Shown: positions 61,637 through 64,000 of the stretch, piece by piece
Layout of the letters: every line of letters begins with the position of its first letter
Numbering within the stretch: the first letter of the stretch is position 1
Assembly (NCBI GenBank): GCA_040954595.2
Contig: CM082591.2
Location: 2,021,745 to 2,085,744 of the forward strand
Source: Balanoglossus misakiensis
Taxonomy: Eukaryota; Animalia; Hemichordata
Direction: 5' to 3'
Length of the DNA stretch: 64,000 bases
Made by a program: the position numbers and the translations under genes
Notes under the pieces: generated by a model
Told to the model about the DNA's origin: nothing
Seen by the model: only the letters and a program-made list of their open reading frames with translations
Database searches by the model: none

Positions 61637-63750
61637 ATGGCTCAAGCAACGAATGAGGTTCTCCACGAAGGAGACGATGCTCCCGATTTTTTTATGACGG
61701 GAGAAGACAGAGAATGGATCGCGAACACCACAGAGTACATGGAAAGTAATTTTAATGTCAGCGGAGCATTTGCTGATCGTGATTTTATAGGTGGGCCTCC
61801 GATTCTGGACCAAATCAACGAGTTTGTTTACACTTGTAAGAAGACAGTGATTGAATTTCACGGGGGCAGCGAATGGCGAAACTACGCGGCGAGGATGGTC
61901 ATCCAGCGAATGTTTGTCGAAAGCCAAGAAGAATCGAAACACCGTCTCATCGTTGTCGTCCGGGACGAAGAAGCTGGGAGTAAAGTGCCACCATTTCTGG
62001 CGTGCCATTTCCGCCTGAAATCGTCAGAACCGGATTTTCATTGGAAGTTGCACAATAGTATCAGGGGGCTTTCCCTGTCGAACAGGAAGCGATTGGAAAA
62101 ACAGGCCGAGAACATGCAAACTGTTGAAGGTGAGAATTCTTACATCGTGTATGTGCACCATGGTCAAATATTGTACGACTACCAAGATATTCAACAGGTT
62201 GGACTAATAAAAAATCAACTTTTAAAGTTTATGCTCTGTTGCTATGGAGACCTTTCAAAATTACTGAAATTGCTCATTATTTTCCTGAACATTCAAATAG
62301 ACACTGTACTATTCATTTATTTTTCGAAATGAAAAGTAATACATATTTCTTAATAATGATGTATTTGTTTTATTCAACAACTACATTTGTATAATTGTAA
62401 CTGTTCATTTATACTTATATCCTCAGATCCATTCACAATTCCTGGGAATAATCTTCATGATGAGAAATTTCCATCCAGTGAGCCAGGAAGCAAATCAGTA
62501 ACTCAAGGTGAGTCATGATCGAGATCTCAAGGTGGATGCATTTTCTCTGGTAGAAATACCACACACATTACAGTTCAAATCCTAACTATAACACTATTTA
62601 TATTCCATGTACAGAAATAAGAAAGGATCATGATAGATTTATTCCGGAATCTCATTCCCATGACCCTCTGGAACAAGAACTAGGAAATATGGCTCAGCAG
62701 TTTTCCAACGGAAGTCCAGGAAGTACATCTGGAGACAGAGAAGGAGAGCAGCCAAGGGATAGATTTCTGTCAGAGGATATTGAGGGAATATTGTCACCAA
62801 TACAATCAGAAAACTTGGATGGAAGAGCAAGAAATTCAGGTAATGACCTTACATGTATTTTGCACCTTCATAAGCTGTCTCCACCTATAAGTGCATATAA
62901 GTGCATATATATTACTATTCCGTCTCAGTTCGCACAAACACACCAGAGGTCATCCGCTGAAAGTTGACATAGGACACTGCAAACTGAACACTAGAAGAAA
63001 TTTTTTCACAAATAGGATAGCTGCAATCTGGAACAACCTACCAGCCCAAGTTGTCACCGCAAACTCTGTGAACACCTTCAAGAATCGTCTTGACATTTTT
63101 CTGGCAACACAGCCAATGAAATACAACTACTCCGAACCCTACATCATGCAAACCAGATCGGACAAAACTACCTCCACAATGGAATGATATGGAGCTGAAT
63201 ATAGAGGCTCACAAGCCTGCGTTCAGTACCTGCCTAACCTAACCTAACCTAACCTAACCTATAAAACTTGTTTGTATGGATGTACTTTACAGAGACACTT
63301 CATGAAGGGTTAGCAGACAAAACAGAAGATGGGCAGATGGCAGCAGATGCTGACAAAGTCAGTAGAAGTGAACAGATAACAACTGAAACAAGGCAGGCAG
63401 ATTCAGAACAGAAGAAACTCAAAGATGATAAACAGAACGACAATGACAATCAACATGGGAAATGTGACACTAGTACAAAAGGTACATGTGCAGGAGCATG
63501 GCAATCTGTTCCTTTCATTTCATTACAAAATATGTGGTCATCCGGATGGTTTTTGGCCCTGGGTTTGTCCAAAGTGACCCAGTTGGAAATTCCGTTTGGA
63601 GCTGTACTGTAAATTGTATCAAAAAGACACGTGCTGTCCTCACCTTCATTGTTTTCTATACCTCTCCTCCAGATGTGTCCAGTACTGATACAGTGCCCAG
63701 CTCCAATGGACTTGCTTCAATTGATCTGTTATCTGAATGCAGTGACACAG
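61637..63750 (+). CDS. N-terminal TIR-domain protein followed by an acidic low-complexity region (3' incomplete)
   Basis: Exon 61637-62129 has a TIR pattern: DREWI..FADRDFIGG.ILDQI..CKKTVI..SEWRNY..RLIVV..VPPFL..FHWKLHNSI. Further phase-1 exons at ~62427-62508, ~62615-62839, ~63293-63481 and ~63674-63750; no stop reached. Confidence 0.75.
62920..63261 (+). mobile_element. 5'-truncated CR1/L2-clade LINE 3' end, in an intron of the TIR gene
   Basis: TRGHPLKV...RRNFFTNRIAAIWNNLPAQVVTANSVNTFKNRLD is the characteristic ORF2 C-terminus; short 3' UTR ending in a (CCTAA)n tail. Confidence 0.88.
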
Positions 63751-64000
63751 GTATTGATGACCACCTGACCTTTGTTGGCTGTAGCTTTTCATTTATTAGT
63801 TTCATTTGTGGAAGCAATAAAGTTAATTAACTGAGAATCAGTTGTAGATGATATGCTTTGAATTCTTTGAGGGTGAAATTAATAAGGTTATACAGTCATG
63901 GCCTAGCATCCATTTTGTCTTTACTGAACTCAGTCGGACAGATGGACAGATAGATGAGCATTGTGCATTTAACTGCCTGGTACCCCTGTTGAGAAGATGA

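Noticed and set aside
1-64000. tRNA, rRNA, conserved miRNA, CRISPR or prokaryotic operon features
   Set aside because: None recognised by eye; the spliceosomal gene structures show this is animal DNA. A tRNAscan/Rfam search was not possible.

Overview
Eukaryotic, intron-rich animal genomic DNA; the gene content suggests an invertebrate deuterostome (hemichordate, echinoderm or cephalochordate-like; inference). Most ORFs in the supplied track are spurious or are single exons. Genes reconstructed by hand from GT-AG splice sites: (1) a Q50 paired-class, aristaless-group homeobox gene with eh1 and OAR motifs (-, 227-1662); (2,3) a head-to-head pair of paralogous class I SAM methyltransferases, JHAMT-like (2696-4051 -, 4503-6364 +); a ~23 kb stretch with no convincing coding gene; (4) the highlight, nearly invisible in the ORF track: a 342-aa secreted prohormone (+, 29502-37253) made of a signal-peptide exon plus seven homologous phase-2 exons, each encoding a dibasic site followed by one PTH/secretin-glucagon-like helical peptide; (5) a candidate 66-aa single-pass microprotein with a His/Met-rich tail (-, 40799-42711); (6) a TIF1/TRIM33-like RBCC-PHD-bromodomain gene (-, 44525-51085); (7) GPLD1 (-, 54686-61250); (8) a divergently transcribed N-terminal TIR-domain gene (+, 61637 onward, apparently continuing past the window). 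Mobile DNA includes a Harbinger-type MITE, a tiny TTAA/piggyBac-type MITE and a CR1/L2 LINE 3' fragment.
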